From positions 1-50,237 of the IMG/VR virus record IMGVR_UViG_3300045971_000013: a stretch of 50,237 nucleotides of DNA. One strand, 5' to 3'. Shown in pieces: positions 17,844-25,563 of this stretch; within the stretch, counting starts at the first letter, position 1, and every line of letters starts with the position of its first letter. This stretch comes from a virus. The notes beneath the pieces are model-generated. The model had not been told where the DNA came from, did no database searches, and saw nothing but the letters and a program-made list of their open reading frames with translations. The translations under genes and the position numbers were made by a program.

Positions 17844-19168
17844 ATTTATTACTTATAGATTGTTCAGGAGTATCACTGGATTTCGCGTTGAGATGCAAAG
17901 CCTATGGTCATTCTGTTCGTGTCTACATCCGTAACAACAAGGACGGTTCTCGTTCCCAGATTGGTGATGGTGGATTGATTGAGCGTGTTCCTCATTGGGA
18001 AGCCCACATGCGTTGGGCTGACCTGATCTTCTGTACTGACAACGTGTTCTACATTCATCAGCTAGAACGTTATCGTGATGAGGGGTTTCCTATCATTGGT
18101 CCTAGCATTGATACGAATAGGTGGGAACAGGACAGACAGCATGGTGCTAACGTGTTTGAGAAGGCTGGGATACCAGTCATCCCTTCTACCGAGTTCAAGA
18201 GTTACGACGAAGCTATCTCGTTTGTTATTAAGAACAACAAGCGGTATGTCTCCAAGCCTCTAGGTGATGGAGACAAGGCTCTTAGCTACGTGTCCAAGTC
18301 TCCAGCAGACATGGTGTTCATGCTTCAGAAGTGGAAGAAGAGTAATGCTTACAAAGGTTCTTTCATCCTTCAGGAATTTCATGGGGGACTTGAGATTGCT
18401 GTTGGCGGTTGGTTTGGTCGTGGTGGCTTTTCTCGTCACTTCTGTATTAACCATGAGTTCAAGAAGCTCCTCGCAGGTGATCTCGGTGTCTCTACAGGTG
18501 AAGAAGGCACTATCCTCTATTACGAGCAAGACTCCTTGCTGGCTGACAAGGTTCTTAAACCGCTTGAAGGGATGTTACATGGGCTTGGCTACACTGGTTA
18601 TATTGATGTTAATTGCATCGTTGATGATAAGGGACATCCTTGGCCTTTAGAGTTCACCATGCGTCCGGGATGGCCCTTGTTTATGATCCAACAGGCTCTA
18701 CACAAAGGCGATCCTTGTCAGTTCATGTTGGACCTCATTGACGGTAAAGACACTCTCAAGGTCTCTGATGAGATTGCTTGTGGTGTAGTGATCACCATGC
18801 CTCCTTACCCACATGACAAGGGTACTCCTCAGAGTGAACACTGTGGCTATCCCATGTTTGATCTCACTGATGAGGATGTTATTAAGAACGTTCACCTCGC
18901 TGCTGTGATGAGGGGCACTGCTCCTGCAATGGTAGATGGCAAGGTAAAGCTCAAGCATGAACAGTTCGTTACTGCTGGAAACTACGTCTGCATCGTCACT
19001 GGTACAGGAGACACTGTGCAGGATGCTAGTGATAACTGCTACTCACGAATCAAGAAGAAGATCAACATACCCAATAGCTTGGGCTACCGTATTGACATTG
19101 GTTGTAGGCTAGAGAACCAATTACCTGAGTTGAAGAAACTTGGGTATAGCAATCGGAAGTACTGCTGA
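17840..19168 (+). CDS. ATP-grasp ligase, PurD (glycinamide ribonucleotide synthetase)-like
   Basis: 442 aa; collinear with the remembered PurD layout: IIGPS...E.DR, VSKPLGDG (ATP-grasp K), ILQEFHGGLEIAV, HEFKKLLAGDLGVSTGEEG (cf. QDHKRVGDKDTGPNTGGMG), YTGYIDVNCIV...PLEFTMRPGWP (cf. IEFNCRFGDPE). Confidence 0.7.
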   Translation: MNLLLIDCSGVSLDFALRCKAYGHSVRVYIRNNKDGSRSQIGDGGLIERVPHWEAHMRWADLIFCTDNVFYIHQLERYRDEGFPIIGPSIDTNRWEQDRQHGANVFEKAGIPVIPSTEFKSYDEAISFVIKNNKRYVSKPLGDGDKALSYVSKSPADMVFMLQKWKKSNAYKGSFILQEFHGGLEIAVGGWFGRGGFSRHFCINHEFKKLLAGDLGVSTGEEGTILYYEQDSLLADKVLKPLEGMLHGLGYTGYIDVNCIVDDKGHPWPLEFTMRPGWPLFMIQQALHKGDPCQFMLDLIDGKDTLKVSDEIACGVVITMPPYPHDKGTPQSEHCGYPMFDLTDEDVIKNVHLAAVMRGTAPAMVDGKVKLKHEQFVTAGNYVCIVTGTGDTVQDASDNCYSRIKKKINIPNSLGYRIDIGCRLENQLPELKKLGYSNRKYC

Positions 19169-19650
19169 TGGCTACTCTAAACGTTCCTATTCCCCAAGAT
19201 AAGATTGGGGAATGTTTTGTCTGGAGAGACTGGTTCCAACGTCTTAGCAACAAGGTGTATGGGACTATGGCATCTCAGAATGCCAACTCTGTTGCTATCA
19301 CTGGTGGGTCTATCTCTGGCACTACTATCGTGTGGGCACCACCTAGTACCAAGACTGCCAACTTCACTGTTGCTGATACGGACAGCTACCTCATAAATAA
19401 CAAACCTGCTGCTACTTGTGTGGTGACATTCCCTGCTGCTTCTCTGTGGTCTGGTAGAGCTATCACCATCAAGAACCTGCAAGCTCAGTTAGTAAACTCT
19501 GCTACTAGTAACGTTGTGCCTTTAGATGGCACTGTTGCTGGTACAGCTATCCTATTGGGTGTGGTTGGTAACTGGGCTACCCTAGTCTCTGATGGGACCA
19601 ACTGGGTCATCATGCAAGCTGCACCTAACAACATCCTTCTTTTGGAGTAA
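19168..19650 (+). CDS. Tail fibre-like protein
   Basis: 160 aa; WRDWFQRLSNKVYG and QNANSVAITGGSISGTTI motifs common at phage fibre N-termini. Confidence 0.45.
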   Translation: MATLNVPIPQDKIGECFVWRDWFQRLSNKVYGTMASQNANSVAITGGSISGTTIVWAPPSTKTANFTVADTDSYLINNKPAATCVVTFPAASLWSGRAITIKNLQAQLVNSATSNVVPLDGTVAGTAILLGVVGNWATLVSDGTNWVIMQAAPNNILLLE

Positions 19651-19653
19651 CAC

Positions 19654-20118
19654 ATGGAATTTTCTGACAATGGTTTAGCACTGGTTAAGAAGCTTGAGGG
19701 CTTCCGTGCTCGTGCATACCCTGACTCTGGTGGGAAGATGACCATTGGTTATGGGCACCTGATTGTTCCCGGAGATGGTGTGCCTCGTGGAGACATCCTT
19801 GAGGAAGTACAAGCCACTGGTCTCTTGAAGAGAGACATCCAGAAGGCTGTTGATTGTGTCAATGGCTGTGTTACTAGTACCATCAACCAGAATCAGTTTG
19901 ATGCCTTGGTGATCTTCGCATTCAATGTGGGCAACCATGCTCTTCAGAACTCTACGCTACTCAAGTGTGTGAACAAAGAAGACTTCGATGGAGCATCCAA
20001 GCAGTTCATGCTATGGTGCAAGGTACACAATGCACAAGGTATGTTCGTTGAGGTAGTTGGGTTGAAGAACAGACGTAAGGCAGAAGTAGCTCTGTTCAAC
20101 ACGCCATGCACTCCTTAG
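19654..20118 (+). CDS. Endolysin, GH24 lysozyme (P22 gp19-like)
   Basis: 154 aa; LVKKLEGFRARAYPDSGGKMTIGYGH catalytic E/D/T block; INQNQFDALVIFAFNVG; RRKAEVALF. Confidence 0.85.
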   Translation: MEFSDNGLALVKKLEGFRARAYPDSGGKMTIGYGHLIVPGDGVPRGDILEEVQATGLLKRDIQKAVDCVNGCVTSTINQNQFDALVIFAFNVGNHALQNSTLLKCVNKEDFDGASKQFMLWCKVHNAQGMFVEVVGLKNRRKAEVALFNTPCTP

Positions 20119-20312
20119 ATCATGTTGATCCCTTTGCTCCGCAGTTGTCTCGTGGAGAGACTATTGCGTTGTGTATGTGTATGGATAAGATTGAACGCTA
20201 TATTGCCAAGGGCAGAGTGCAAGAGGCACAAGGAGCTAGAAGCATGGTCTTGATCATGTGGCAAGTATTTAACCAACAACCTTCTATTGATACAGGATGG
20301 GGTGAACTATGA
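20106..20312 (+). CDS. Hypothetical protein in the lysis cassette
   Basis: 68 aa; overlaps endolysin end and holin start (ATGA); no TM segment seen. Confidence 0.4.
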   Translation: MHSLDHVDPFAPQLSRGETIALCMCMDKIERYIAKGRVQEAQGARSMVLIMWQVFNQQPSIDTGWGEL

Positions 20313-20803
20313 ACTGGCTTGAACAAATTGCACCTACTATTGCCACTGCTCTAGGTGGTCCCTTAGCGGGACTTGCTGTGTCTGCTGTTAGTAAAGCTAT
20401 AGGAGTCTCTCAAGATGATGCTCAACAAATGTTATCGACTGGCAAGATGGATGCTGACCAGCTTGTCCAACTTAAACTTGCTGAACTGGAGCTTCAGAAG
20501 CAGGCCCAAGGTCTCGGACTCGACTTTGCAAAGCTTGCAACCGAAGATCGAAAGTCTGCCAGAGACATGCAATCAAGCACAAAGTCTTGGGTGCCTTCCA
20601 TGTTGGCAATCGCAATCACACTTGGATTCTTTGGCATTCTGCTGGCCCTCATGTATGGTCAAGTATCGAAAACTGATGAAGTGATGATCATGCTGGGCAG
20701 CTTAGGTACTGCTTGGACTGGAGTGGTGGGCTTTTACTTTGGTAGCTCTGCTTCTAGTCAGAACAAAGATGTCTTGCTTCATCAATCAACTCCTATACAA
20801 TAG
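20309..20803 (+). CDS. Holin, 3-TM (gene-transfer-agent holin-like)
   Basis: 164 aa; three hydrophobic segments separated by a charged coiled region (LKLAELELQKQAQ); immediately downstream of the endolysin. Confidence 0.55.
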   Translation: MNWLEQIAPTIATALGGPLAGLAVSAVSKAIGVSQDDAQQMLSTGKMDADQLVQLKLAELELQKQAQGLGLDFAKLATEDRKSARDMQSSTKSWVPSMLAIAITLGFFGILLALMYGQVSKTDEVMIMLGSLGTAWTGVVGFYFGSSASSQNKDVLLHQSTPIQ

Positions 20804-20865
20804 CTGTTGAAGTTGTCTGTCCTCTGCGATCCTTCTCCCTGAGTGTGGTTCCTCCCTCCACACAT

Positions 20866-20906
20866 TAAAAAGCCCCCAGTATCAATGTGCCGGGGGCTTC
20901 TTTTTT
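20866..20906. terminator. Bidirectional rho-independent terminator at the convergence of the two arms
   Basis: AGCCCCC (20871..20877) pairs with GGGGGCT (20892..20898); A5 upstream and T-run downstream give a U-tract on either strand. Confidence 0.8.
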
Positions 20907-21135
20907 ATGTGACTATTCTGTTGTCTGGAACAATGATTGCAAGCTTCTCTTGTGGTGCTACTAGTAACAAGTCAGCTTTGTGCCCTTTGATTACTGGGGC
21001 TATGATTCCTTTAGTCAGTCCCAAAGAGTAGTAGGCAAGCTCATGGATAAGCTCTTGGAGGTACACAGAAGCATCCAGAGGGGATAGGGTACCAACCTCT
21101 TGATTAACGAGTTCTAGGACTTCTTTAGCGGTCAT
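20905..21135 (-). CDS. Hypothetical protein (last gene of minus arm)
   Basis: 76 aa ORF; ATGA coupling to the upstream ORF. Confidence 0.5.
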   Translation of the reverse strand: MTAKEVLELVNQEVGTLSPLDASVYLQELIHELAYYSLGLTKGIIAPVIKGHKADLLLVAPQEKLAIIVPDNRIVT

Positions 21136-21365
21136 TTCATTCCTTTGGAAGTTACCCAGAGGCAGACGTTCTTGCCATCAATGAGTGTTTCAATCTTGGT
21201 GTACTTCTCAGTAAGATACACACGCTCATAAGGCTCACTGGTTGAGCTACCTACATACGAGCTACTCCACATGCTATCACTTGCCCATACCCGATACACA
21301 CTCCGGGCAGCTTGAGCTATAGCTCTCTTGGTCATCAACCACTTGACCTTGACATTGGGTTTCAT
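21132..21365 (-). CDS. Hypothetical protein
   Basis: Start moved to MKPNVKV (ATG 21363..21365), which forms an ATGA overlap with the stop of the upstream ORF. Confidence 0.5.
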   Translation of the reverse strand: MKPNVKVKWLMTKRAIAQAARSVYRVWASDSMWSSSYVGSSTSEPYERVYLTEKYTKIETLIDGKNVCLWVTSKGMK

Positions 21366-21649
21366 CGTGCAAGTCCCTTCAAACGATCTGCTACCAACTG
21401 GGCATACCCAGCAATGTCTACCCAACTATCATCGTAGTTGTGATCTCCGTTAATGATCCGTCCGATCTTGTGGCAGATCATGTCCAAGGCTTCTTGCATG
21501 TCAGCAGGAAGAGTCTTCTCACGAGTCCGTAGATGCTCATTGATCAGCATCTTCAGGTCTTGGGTAACTGCTGCATGTCCTACGAATAGGCCGTAGCGTT
21601 TACCACGCTGTTCTAAGATTTCAGTGGTGGTCTGTTGTTCTTCGCTCAT
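21362..21649 (-). CDS. Hypothetical all-alpha protein
   Basis: Start moved to MSEEQQ (ATG 21647..21649), preceded by GGAG 6 nt upstream; RGKRYG...CHKIGRIINGDHNYDDSWVDIAGYA pattern. Confidence 0.5.
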   Translation of the reverse strand: MSEEQQTTTEILEQRGKRYGLFVGHAAVTQDLKMLINEHLRTREKTLPADMQEALDMICHKIGRIINGDHNYDDSWVDIAGYAQLVADRLKGLAR

Positions 21650-21815
21650 AAGGTTCTCCAATAGGGTTACGACAAAAATCTAGAAGGAAAGCAACATCTT
21701 GCATTAAGATGTTGATTCGATCCAAGTAGGAATCTCTCAACTGGTCACAGTACAACTCCAGTGCTCTGGTGTAAGCAACGTGGCTGGTGTACTCGTGTTC
21801 AACGGGTCTTTTCAT
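21621..21815 (-). CDS. Hypothetical protein
   Basis: Start moved to MKRPVEHE (ATG 21813..21815), ATGA overlap with the stop of 21812..22021. Confidence 0.45.
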   Translation of the reverse strand: MKRPVEHEYTSHVAYTRALELYCDQLRDSYLDRINILMQDVAFLLDFCRNPIGEPYERRTTDHH

Positions 21816-22021
21816 TTCATGTACTCCGGTATCTTGGGCATTGGTGCCCATGCTCTCCAGAACTTGTTCTTACCGTCATAGATGCCATAGGCAGCTACTC
21901 CTCCTATGCCTAGGAGTTGTATCTTCACCCCTCTCGGGGTGTCCATGTTGATAGGTAGCCAGTAGTAGTCAATAGCTACTGCTACGGTCTGGTCCTTGTT
22001 GATAGTATGGGTCATCCACAA
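21812..22021 (-). CDS. Hypothetical protein
   Basis: 69 aa ORF in a tightly packed same-strand series. Confidence 0.5.
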   Translation of the reverse strand: MWMTHTINKDQTVAVAIDYYWLPINMDTPRGVKIQLLGIGGVAAYGIYDGKNKFWRAWAPMPKIPEYMK

Positions 22022-22221
22022 TCCCTTTCAAACATGTTCCTAATAACAGCAGGATCAGTAATAGCCTGTGTGACTGCACTGTTGATAGCGTGTTTATCAC
22101 CATCAATAAAACCGTCTTCGTATGCTCGGCGTATCCGGGTGTTGATGAACTCCATCTCCATTTTGGTCCACACGTAGAAACGTTCCGGGTGGTCGTGCTC
22201 AGTCAGGTCTTTGGGTTTCAT
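22012..22221 (-). CDS. Hypothetical protein
   Basis: 69 aa ORF; overlaps neighbours by a few nt. Confidence 0.5.
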   Translation of the reverse strand: MKPKDLTEHDHPERFYVWTKMEMEFINTRIRRAYEDGFIDGDKHAINSAVTQAITDPAVIRNMFERDCG

Positions 22222-22517
22222 TGGCCTAGCTCCTTGCGTAGTGCATCACGCTGTTCTTCCAATGCTTTTCCAAGCTGTATAGCTACGTCACGCTCTGCTT
22301 TCATTACGCTCCACAGGTCAGACAACTTCGCGTTCTCGGCAAGCAGTGCATCCCTCTCCCTGATAACTGCGCGGGTGTAGTCTTGTCCCTGCTTCAGACG
22401 CTCCACTTCTGCGCGGAGCAGTTCAAGTTCTTCATCCTGCCAATGCGTTATTTGTTGGCTGGTAACTATTTCGCTCTCCATTACATCAGCGTACTTGTCT
22501 TCCCACTTTTCAATCAT
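22218..22517 (-). CDS. Hypothetical coiled-coil protein
   Basis: 99 aa, E/L/R/A-rich heptads; ATGA coupling. Confidence 0.5.
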   Translation of the reverse strand: MIEKWEDKYADVMESEIVTSQQITHWQDEELELLRAEVERLKQGQDYTRAVIRERDALLAENAKLSDLWSVMKAERDVAIQLGKALEEQRDALRKELGQ

Positions 22518-22738
22518 GTCTTTTCTCCTGCAAGTGCGCGAAGGTAAGCCAAGATTACTGATGGTGCTATGCCGTAGTTGTGTCTCTCAACAATATCAAT
22601 AGCCTCAGACAAAGCTCTCTCGTACTCTGCGCGTCCGTAGTCACGCATTTGTGATTCGGTGTACATCGTCTGAGTAATACGTTCAGTCGCGCTTACGTAT
22701 TCAGATACTAAATATGGGCTATAGGGTAGTTCACTCAT
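22514..22738 (-). CDS. Hypothetical protein
   Basis: 74 aa ORF; GGAG upstream of the ATG. Confidence 0.5.
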   Translation of the reverse strand: MSELPYSPYLVSEYVSATERITQTMYTESQMRDYGRAEYERALSEAIDIVERHNYGIAPSVILAYLRALAGEKT

Positions 22739-22824
22739 GGTGACTCCTTCATTATTTTCATTTTCAGTTCTGGATCGCTTGCAGCAACATACATTCCAAT
22801 AAGCACAAGTATTACGGTAGTCAT
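22735..22824 (-). CDS. 29-aa hydrophobic micro-ORF
   Basis: MTTVILVLIGMYVAASDPELKMKIMKESP; ATGA overlaps at both ends; hand-translated, below the ORF-track cutoff. Confidence 0.4.
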   Translation of the reverse strand: MTTVILVLIGMYVAASDPELKMKIMKESP

Positions 22825-22919
22825 TCTTTACTCTCCAGCCATAGTCTGAATGCGATTACCGCCAAGAATGCCACCCATGCAATGGTTCCGCAGATGATTC
22901 CTACTTGGTTGTCAGTCAT
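22821..22919 (-). CDS. 32-aa hydrophobic micro-ORF
   Basis: MTDNQVGIICGTIAWVAFLAVIAFRLWLESKE; overlaps the stop of 22912..23307 and the start of the next micro-ORF. Confidence 0.4.
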   Translation of the reverse strand: MTDNQVGIICGTIAWVAFLAVIAFRLWLESKE

Positions 22920-23307
22920 AGCCTTCCCCCAATGCTGCACGGGCAGCGTCACGGTTTCTTACATTGACGCATTCGTTGAAGTCGTGACCGCAATCTACCC
23001 AAATTTCAACCATAGGCATTACGCCGGTTAAAGCAGAGCGCAACGCAGCGTTCTCTCTGTCCGTGTGTTCAGCGTGGTTGCGGTTCTCAGCAAGCAGTCG
23101 TGCGTTCTCTTCTTGCAGTTCATGGCAACGCTTGGCAGCTTCCATAAAGCGTTCGTACCATGTGTCTACGTTGTACTTCAATGTCTCAATCTCCCGGTCA
23201 GCGGCATCGAGTGCGGCGCACAGGGCGGCTCGGGCTTCTTCACTGCCAACAAATAGCGTTGACGCATACCTATCAGCCAGCGGCAGGATGGTTTCTTTGA
23301 TACTCAT
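22912..23307 (-). CDS. Hypothetical protein
   Basis: 131 aa; central coiled-coil; visibly CpG-rich codon usage. Confidence 0.5.
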   Translation of the reverse strand: MSIKETILPLADRYASTLFVGSEEARAALCAALDAADREIETLKYNVDTWYERFMEAAKRCHELQEENARLLAENRNHAEHTDRENAALRSALTGVMPMVEIWVDCGHDFNECVNVRNRDAARAALGEGYD

Positions 23308-23597
23308 TTCTTCATCTCCGCAATGATCCTTTGGTACTTAGCTGTATATTCATACAGTTCATTAACCCGCTTCCTATTGAAAGCTAGGCTTCGTTCCAAG
23401 TTAGCAACCTGCTTGCTCTTGACTTTGTAGACAGCTACTCGTTCCTCTAAGCGAGGAACTAGCTTTACATTAGCCATGTTCTGCTTACGCAGTTCTTGGA
23501 TTTCCCCAAGCATTGCTGCTTGGATCATCTTGTTACTAGTACCATTTGTGTGGTCCATAGCAGCTAGTCTGTGCTTCCACGAAGCCACTTCTGTCAC
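23304..23597 (-). CDS. Hypothetical protein
   Basis: 97 aa; ATGA coupling. Confidence 0.5.
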   Translation of the reverse strand: MTEVASWKHRLAAMDHTNGTSNKMIQAAMLGEIQELRKQNMANVKLVPRLEERVAVYKVKSKQVANLERSLAFNRKRVNELYEYTAKYQRIIAEMKK

Positions 23598-23941
23598 TGA
23601 TGTCCCCTTGGGTAGGTGATTGTTCCTCCGGTAGTAAGGCTCTTGTACTTCTTGTGGTCATCTGCTCTCGGTCTACAAGCTGTTTGGAAATCTCCATCTC
23701 CCGTTCTGTATGGACCCGGACGAGTAATGGCTGTCTTGTTTACAGCCAATGCTTCGTTAGCTTCCCTTTGACGCTTGTAGTACTCACCTCGGACGTACTT
23801 GTAGGAAATCTTGTCACTAGCCAAAGGACTAGGCGGTGTACCTAGGGTAGAGGTAGGGTTTACCCTTAGTAGGTGAGTCCTTCGTAGTTCATCACTCTTC
23901 TTACTCAATCCGTGCAGTTGTGCTTGTGGTGGCTTGGTCAT
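23594..23941 (-). CDS. Hypothetical basic protein
   Basis: 115 aa; ATGA coupling to endonuclease I. Confidence 0.5.
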   Translation of the reverse strand: MTKPPQAQLHGLSKKSDELRRTHLLRVNPTSTLGTPPSPLASDKISYKYVRGEYYKRQREANEALAVNKTAITRPGPYRTGDGDFQTACRPRADDHKKYKSLTTGGTITYPRGHQ

Positions 23942-24393
23942 ATATGCTTCTCTATGTAGCTAATCCATGTGGGTTTATCAGCAAAGGTACAGGCTTCTAA
24001 GCCATTCTTTTGTGCCCATGCTAGGTAGGTAGTCGAACTCTTCTTTGAGAGCTTCTGATCCCTATAAAAGACGTACAGGATGTGGATGTGTGGGTGCTGC
24101 TCTTTAATAAGGATAGCCTTCTTACGATCTGCTCCAGTCCACAACCCTTTGGTCTCTATGTAAATGTTCTCAGTAACAGTGAAGTCTGGTGTGTAGGTAT
24201 GCTTGCTTGCTGGGATGACGTACTTGATACGATCCATCTCATAGGGCAAGTTGTACCCAAGGTCCTTAGTCTGCTGTTGGAACTTAGCCTCAAGACCACT
24301 CTTGTAAGCTGCTTCTAGGTGACGTTTAGGACGCATGACGTTGTGATTCTTTCCAACCATCGTGAATCTTGTTGTAGACATCGGGGTCCACAA
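23938..24393 (-). CDS. Holliday-junction resolvase, T7 endonuclease I (gp3)-like
   Basis: YVIPASKHTYTPDF...IETKGLWTGADRKKAILIKEQHP closely matches the remembered T7 gp3 YVIPASNHTYTPDF...VETKGLWESDDRKKHLLIREQHP; true start uncertain (24360 or 24336 likely). Confidence 0.85.
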   Translation of the reverse strand: MWTPMSTTRFTMVGKNHNVMRPKRHLEAAYKSGLEAKFQQQTKDLGYNLPYEMDRIKYVIPASKHTYTPDFTVTENIYIETKGLWTGADRKKAILIKEQHPHIHILYVFYRDQKLSKKSSTTYLAWAQKNGLEACTFADKPTWISYIEKHI

Positions 24394-24511
24394 TAACGTG
24401 ATGCAAGAGGCTGTTAACCGTATTGCGTTCGTGTTTATGTTTCAGGGCATAGCCCGTAGCGATGATGGCCCATGCAAAGAGGACTATCTCTGTAAAGCTT
24501 ATTTCGATCAT
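24326..24511 (-). CDS. 61-aa protein with an N-terminal TM segment
   Basis: Start moved to MIEISFTEIVLFAWAIIATGYAL (ATG 24509..24511), 3 nt after the CTAG motif; the longer ORF would run through the GC hairpin cluster. Confidence 0.45.
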   Translation of the reverse strand: MIEISFTEIVLFAWAIIATGYALKHKHERNTVNSLLHHVIVDPDVYNKIHDGWKESQRHAS

Positions 24512-24514
24512 TGT

Positions 24515-24527
24515 TGTTCCTAGTAAC
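24515..24527. promoter_or_regulatory. CTAG quasi-palindrome (13 of 14 positions), reads GTTACTAGGAACA on the minus strand
   Basis: Lies between the GC hairpin cluster / exonuclease stop and the MIEISF start. Confidence 0.55.
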
Positions 24528-24539
24528 TGCTGCTGTGTG

Positions 24540-24650
24540 GCCCCTCGCCTTCGGGCCAATGGTGGCCCTAAGCCAGGGGATGTTCGGCTACGCCGCTGTT
24601 CGGGCTGCGCCCGGTGCTCCCCGCTTCGCGGGACGCTGCTGGTGGTTGCC
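24540..24650. repeat. GC-rich triloop/tetraloop hairpin cluster 3
   Basis: GGGCCA-ATGG-TGGCCC (24553..24568), CGGGC-TGC-GCCCG (24601..24613), CCCGC-TTC-GCGGG (24620..24632). Confidence 0.7.
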
Positions 24651-25293
24651 AGATGTCGTTGGGTTTCTGCCAGATGTAGAGCAACTGCATGTTGAGGTGG
24701 AACCTCTCATCATCGTTGTAAAGCTCTCTGCACCTGTCGTAGTACTCCTCTGGGAGTAAGCCTTCTAAAGCTCTTGCAGCCTTCACAGGACCTAACCCAG
24801 CAACACCAAAGATGTTGTCACTACGATCTCCAATGAGGCTTTGCATGTAGAGGAACTTGAATCCCTCTTCATACGTTACTTCTTGGTGGACCTTCTTAAC
24901 GAAGTTGTAGTGCCTTCCGGGTATCTGAAGCAAGTCCTTATCAATCGAACAGATGACTGTTGTCTTGTGAGTTTTGTCTTGTTGGATACCCATCTCATCA
25001 TCAGCTTCATAACCTTCACACACAATAGCTTTGTGCTGTGTTATTAGGAACTCTCGTATAGCTGACCAATGCTTAGGACGCTCTGTGGGACGTTGGGCTT
25101 TGTAGCTTGGAGCAATCTCTCTACGGAAGTTCTTGGAACCTGTCAGGAACACACCATACTCGGTAGCTCCTACGTCTTCTAGGATGTCCTGCATGAGCTT
25201 ATCGGCTCTAGCTAGGGCAACCCATTGCTCCTCTTCCTCTGCGCTTGCTGCACTTCGATACACAACGATGTCACCATCAATTAGTGCTTTCAT
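24568..25293 (-). CDS. 5'-3' exonuclease / flap endonuclease, T7 gp6-like
   Basis: 241 aa; IDGDIVVY, NFRREIAPSYKAQR, EGYEADDEMG, ICSIDKDLLQIP, IGDRSDNIFGVAGLG collinear with remembered T7 gp6 motifs. Confidence 0.85.
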   Translation of the reverse strand: MKALIDGDIVVYRSAASAEEEEQWVALARADKLMQDILEDVGATEYGVFLTGSKNFRREIAPSYKAQRPTERPKHWSAIREFLITQHKAIVCEGYEADDEMGIQQDKTHKTTVICSIDKDLLQIPGRHYNFVKKVHQEVTYEEGFKFLYMQSLIGDRSDNIFGVAGLGPVKAARALEGLLPEEYYDRCRELYNDDERFHLNMQLLYIWQKPNDIWQPPAASREAGSTGRSPNSGVAEHPLA

Positions 25294-25486
25294 TCTTCCT
25301 CGCTTTCTTTACTAAGTAGCCTTGAGTTGGGTCCTTACCCCACCCATACCTCAAAATGTTACTAGGAGCATGTTGCCTAGTAGTTCTGTCCATTCGGAAT
25401 GCTTGTATCTCTGTTAAGCCTTCCCAAATGATGTCTTCTCCTTCATTAGTAGTGATGTAAAACACGTAATTGTTTTCTCTTGCCAT
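25277..25486 (-). CDS. Hypothetical protein
   Basis: Start moved to MARENNY (ATG 25484..25486) with AAGGAG 6 nt upstream; contains a variant CTAG motif at 25357..25370. Confidence 0.5.
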   Translation of the reverse strand: MARENNYVFYITTNEGEDIIWEGLTEIQAFRMDRTTRQHAPSNILRYGWGKDPTQGYLVKKARKNESTN

Positions 25487-25507
25487 AGGTACTCCTTGTT
25501 GGCAGTC

Positions 25508-25536
25508 AAAAAGGGCCACTGATTGCTCAGTGACCC
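25508..25536 (-). terminator. Rho-independent terminator after the SSB-like gene
   Basis: Minus strand GGGTCACTGA-GCAA-TCAGTGGCCC (10-bp stem with one G.U, GNRA loop) followed by TTTTT. Confidence 0.75.
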
Positions 25537-25563
25537 TAGTTAGAACTTTAACTCAAGTTGGAT

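Noticed and set aside
20106-20312. Spanin (Rz/Rz1-like) assignment for the ORF between the endolysin and the holin.
   Set aside because: It has no N-terminal TM segment and no lipobox or embedded lipoprotein ORF, so it is left as hypothetical.
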